35,928 nt of DNA from the IMG/VR virus record IMGVR_UViG_3300032373_001143, positions 1 to 35,928 of that record, one strand, 5' to 3'. Positions 33,009 through 35,928 of this stretch are shown piece after piece (the stretch's first letter is position 1; each line of letters begins with the position of its first letter). A model generated the notes under the pieces. The model was not told the origin of the DNA. It worked only from the letters and a program-made list of their open reading frames with translations, and made no database searches. The DNA comes from a virus. Its lineage: Duplodnaviria > Caudoviricetes. A program made the translations under genes and the position numbers.

Positions 33009-33628
33009 GCACCCGTACCGAGACCAAGAGCGCCCCCATTCCACTGGTCCGCCAGGGCATGGAGGACACCGAGCCCGTCGCCTGGGCCTGCGGCGACTGT
33101 GGCACCGTCAGGCAGACCGAGCCGGAGGCGCTCCACTGCTACGGATGCACCGTGGCCATCTGCGCCTGTGGGGAGACCTGCGATAGGGGCTGGACCGCAT
33201 GCCGCCCCTGCCGTGCTGCGGAGACCGCGACGCAGCGCCGGAAACGCGCCGAGGCTGCAGAGGTGCTCACCGCGGAGGAGTGGCACGCCTGCCGGAAGGA
33301 CATGGAGCCGCTCACCGACGGGGAGGACTACTTCTTCGACGGCTTCTTCGACTACTCCGACGAGCCCCCCCTCGTCGACGCGCAGGGCCGGCCCTACCTG
33401 TGGCGCACGACGTGGACGCCCATGCGTCTCGGCGTTGCCGACGTAGAGGCGATGCTCGAGCGGGCCGGCGATGAGCATCACGAGGAGATCGGCGAGGGGC
33501 TGGACTGGAGCATCCTCACCGAGGCCTGCGAGCGGTGGAACGCCGCCCACCCCACAGCGGGGAGCTGGTTCCCAGACGAGACGCAGCGCGTCCTCATGCC
33601 TGTCGAAGCCGAAGCGGTGGACCCATGA
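33005..33628 (+). CDS. Cys-rich Zn-finger hypothetical protein
   Basis: WACGDCG...HCYGC...CACG..C...CRPC; SD AAGGAGG. Confidence 0.7.
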   Translation: MSTRTETKSAPIPLVRQGMEDTEPVAWACGDCGTVRQTEPEALHCYGCTVAICACGETCDRGWTACRPCRAAETATQRRKRAEAAEVLTAEEWHACRKDMEPLTDGEDYFFDGFFDYSDEPPLVDAQGRPYLWRTTWTPMRLGVADVEAMLERAGDEHHEEIGEGLDWSILTEACERWNAAHPTAGSWFPDETQRVLMPVEAEAVDP

Positions 33629-34111
33629 GTGGCCCCATCATGTCGCACGATGCGCTTGTGGCGCGCGCCCTGCGCTGGCTGACGAACACGAAGAAGTGCT
33701 GGGTCGCCACTGGCGAGCCGGTCGCCGGCACCGCTGGCGAGCAGCCCGACGCCATGGGTTGGCGCGGCATGACTTCCCACCTGGTGGAGTGCAAGACGAG
33801 CCGTAGCGACTTCCACCGCGACCGCCGAAAGTTCTTCCGGGCCTACCCAGACAAGGGGATGGGCGAGTTTCGCTGGTACCTGACGCCGGCGGGGCTGCTG
33901 GAGCCCTCTGATCTGCCGGCCCACTGGGGTCTGCTCGAGGCCCGGAAGCGGGTGATCAAGGTCGTGGTGGTGGCGGTACGCCAAGAATCCGACCTGCAGC
34001 GGGAGCGCATGCTGCTCGCCGGCCAGCTCCGCAAGGGACGCACCGAGGCTGCCCATCGTCTAGAGCGCTGGCTTGCCCGGACGCCGCTCGGGCAGGCGGT
34101 GGACCCATGAG
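33614..34111. repeat. Perfect 16-bp direct repeat GCGGTGGACCCATGAG at 33614-33629 and 34096-34111
   Basis: Direct reading; both copies span stop/start junctions. Confidence 0.85.
33625..34110 (+). CDS. MmcB-like PD-(D/E)XK nuclease
   Basis: EQPDAMGW...LVECKTSRSDF..D..K...GMG..RWY..P.GL....LP..WGLL. Confidence 0.75.
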   Translation: MSGPIMSHDALVARALRWLTNTKKCWVATGEPVAGTAGEQPDAMGWRGMTSHLVECKTSRSDFHRDRRKFFRAYPDKGMGEFRWYLTPAGLLEPSDLPAHWGLLEARKRVIKVVVVAVRQESDLQRERMLLAGQLRKGRTEAAHRLERWLARTPLGQAVDP

Positions 34112-34505
34112 CGCCCGGAAGCGACTCTCCATCACCGAAGTGGCCGAGCTCCTGGGCATCAACCGCACCACCCTGCGGCGCCTCATGGACGACACGCCCG
34201 ACCACGTCGACGTCGTGTGGGTGAACTACGGGGGGAAGGGCCGAGGGGCTCGGTACAGCTTCCGGGGCGCAGACGAAGCCGAACGATGGTTTGAGGAGGT
34301 TTGTTCGTGGCTAGCATCCATAAACGTGGAGGCAAATACTGGGTCCGCTGGGTCGAGGGAGGCCGGGGCGGCCAGTCCCGATCGGTCACCTGCGCCACCA
34401 AGCGCGAGGCGGACGCGTACAAAGCGGACATCGAAGCGGCCCTCCTCCGGGACGGCACCTTTCAATCCGGCCGCATACGCGCTGAAACTGGTCTCGACGC
34501 GATGA
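34107..34505 (+). CDS. xis: Excisionase-like HTH protein
   Basis: LSITEVAELLGINRTTLRRL; immediately upstream of and overlapping integrase. Confidence 0.7.
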   Translation: MSARKRLSITEVAELLGINRTTLRRLMDDTPDHVDVVWVNYGGKGRGARYSFRGADEAERWFEEVCSWLASINVEANTGSAGSREAGAASPDRSPAPPSARRTRTKRTSKRPSSGTAPFNPAAYALKLVSTR

Positions 34506-35443
34506 TTGCCGCCTACCTCGAGCACTCCAGTCGGGTGCACGCCCCCCGCACCACCATCCGGTACGGACAGCACCTGGTTGCCCTCACGCGCTTCCTGCGC
34601 AGGGGGAGCCGCCGGCGCCAGCTCCGGGCCCAGGAGCTGTCGTACGACATGCTCTCGGCGTTCCACACGTGGCTCATGGAGCCCGAGACGGGCCGTCACC
34701 TCCACCGACGGGGGCCGGAGACCGCGCGCAAGATCGTGACCTGCATCGAAGGGTTCTGGGACTGGGCCTTCCGCCGGCAGCAGCGGGGGGCGTGGGCGGG
34801 CGTACCCTACCCTGACTCCCTGGACCTCAAGCGGGCGCCGCCGGCCGAGAAGTCGCCCCCTACGTGGCCGGAGATGGACGCGGCCATCGCGGCGTGCAAC
34901 GGCTGGCACCGGCAGGTGGCCGTGCTGCTCCGGTGCACCGGGCTGCGCATCAGCCAGGTGATGGGGCTGCGGTGGGAGGACCTCGATCTCGAAGGCGGTG
35001 TCCTCCACCTGCGGCCCGAGCTCGGGAAGAGCGCTCAGGAGAAGCGGGGCCGACGCATCCCCATCGCTCCCGTCCTCGTCGAGGAGCTCGCTGGGTGGGG
35101 TGTGCGGGACGGGCACGTCGTCGACGCGCCTGCTGGCACCAACGCAGGCGACCGGAGGGAGTACCGGGCCCGCGACATGGGCAGGGCGTGGAAGCGCGCC
35201 GGCGTGCGCCTGGAGGCGTGGAAGGGCACCCCCTGCCACGCGTTCCGGGCGGGGTTTGAGAGCGGCCTGAAGCGCGAGGGCGCGGACGACGAGGCCGTCG
35301 AGTACCTGGTCGGGCACAGCCGCGGGATCAGGGAGCACTACGTCGGGCCTCAGTCGCTCCCCATGCGGGCAGCGGTCGCGCTCGTTCCACACATCGGCGG
35401 GCCCGCAAAGGTCGTCGAGCTGACCACTGCGAGGACCTCATGA
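34307..35443 (+). CDS. int: Tyrosine recombinase / integrase
   Basis: SD GAGGAGG then GTG ASIHKRGGKYWVRW arm-binding domain; TGLR, GK, HAFR, VGHS, HY catalytic residues all present. Confidence 0.93.
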   Translation: MASIHKRGGKYWVRWVEGGRGGQSRSVTCATKREADAYKADIEAALLRDGTFQSGRIRAETGLDAMIAAYLEHSSRVHAPRTTIRYGQHLVALTRFLRRGSRRRQLRAQELSYDMLSAFHTWLMEPETGRHLHRRGPETARKIVTCIEGFWDWAFRRQQRGAWAGVPYPDSLDLKRAPPAEKSPPTWPEMDAAIAACNGWHRQVAVLLRCTGLRISQVMGLRWEDLDLEGGVLHLRPELGKSAQEKRGRRIPIAPVLVEELAGWGVRDGHVVDAPAGTNAGDRREYRARDMGRAWKRAGVRLEAWKGTPCHAFRAGFESGLKREGADDEAVEYLVGHSRGIREHYVGPQSLPMRAAVALVPHIGGPAKVVELTTARTS

Positions 35444-35928
35444 GCGGCGAGCGCCACCACATCCACGTGAAGGCCCGTGTCACACCCTCGCGCAACGGCG
35501 GCTGGCGCGCAGAGGCCCTCGGCCTAGAGCCAGGGGCCTACCGCAACGGCTCGGATGCGCTCGATGCGCTCGATAGCCTGGCTCTCGCGCTTGGCGGCAA
35601 CGACTACTGCGTCGTCCATCTGCACGTGCAGCCCGCCACCAACACCGACGGGGGGCGCCAAGTGAGCCACGACGACACCCCAACGCCGGTGGAGCCCCCC
35701 ACGGACACGGCTGGCTTGGGCGCCCCACGGGAGGAGCAGCGGTGCGCTGACTGCCGCTGGGTTGGCTGGGCAAACGAGTGTGAGCCTCCCGACATGGAAG
35801 GCGTTCAGGAGTGGATCGACGAGCACCACGTCAGCAATGGGGCCGCCCAGCCAATCCCTTGCCCAGCGTTCGGGCGAGCGGATGATGGCGCCGCCCAGCA
35901 GGAATCGACGCCACCGGCCGCCGGATAG
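35440..35928 (+). CDS. Hypothetical protein with C-terminal CxxC...C...C motif
   Basis: ATGA overlap with integrase stop; RCADCRW...EC...CPAF. Confidence 0.6.
   Translation: MSGERHHIHVKARVTPSRNGGWRAEALGLEPGAYRNGSDALDALDSLALALGGNDYCVVHLHVQPATNTDGGRQVSHDDTPTPVEPPTDTAGLGAPREEQRCADCRWVGWANECEPPDMEGVQEWIDEHHVSNGAAQPIPCPAFGRADDGAAQQESTPPAAG

Larger units (their letters stand above)
1..35928. mobile_element. Temperate siphophage / prophage genome (near complete), lambda-like organisation with HK97-type head
   Basis: Ordered terminase-portal-protease-capsid-neck-tail tube-chaperone-tape measure-tip-lysis module, divergent cI/cro switch, replication initiator, xis and tyrosine integrase; window starts and ends at stop codons. 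Confidence 0.95.

Noticed and set aside
1-35928. tRNA, rRNA, terminal repeats and host assignment
   Set aside because: No cloverleaf or end repeats recognised by eye; GC content alone cannot identify the host

Overview
A high-GC (~70% by eye), lambda-organised temperate siphophage or prophage of an unidentified bacterial host; no host genes, att sites or RNA genes are visible. Minus strand, right to left: cro, an early/replication operon (initiator with iterons, RuvC-like resolvase, many small genes), terS/terL, an HK97-type head module, a long non-contractile tail module, receptor-binding proteins and lysis genes. Plus strand: cI-like repressor, then a translationally coupled operon ending in xis, a tyrosine integrase and one further gene. 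A three-gene, more AT-rich cassette sits antisense between cro and the early operon. The most striking observations are: (1) an early gene (20370-21011) encoding a catalytically dead copy of the phage's own terminase ATPase domain, a candidate decoy or inhibitor; (2) a 37-bp palindromic late-promoter element present twice, one copy coupled to a hairpin that hides the downstream start codon; (3) a tail-chaperone frameshift that must be +1 (or -2), most likely at UUU_CGC; (4) direct repeats at gene junctions that exactly bracket single accessory genes; (5) a four-operator cI/cro switch readable from the sequence. All protein calls come from motif recognition and synteny; no database searches were run.
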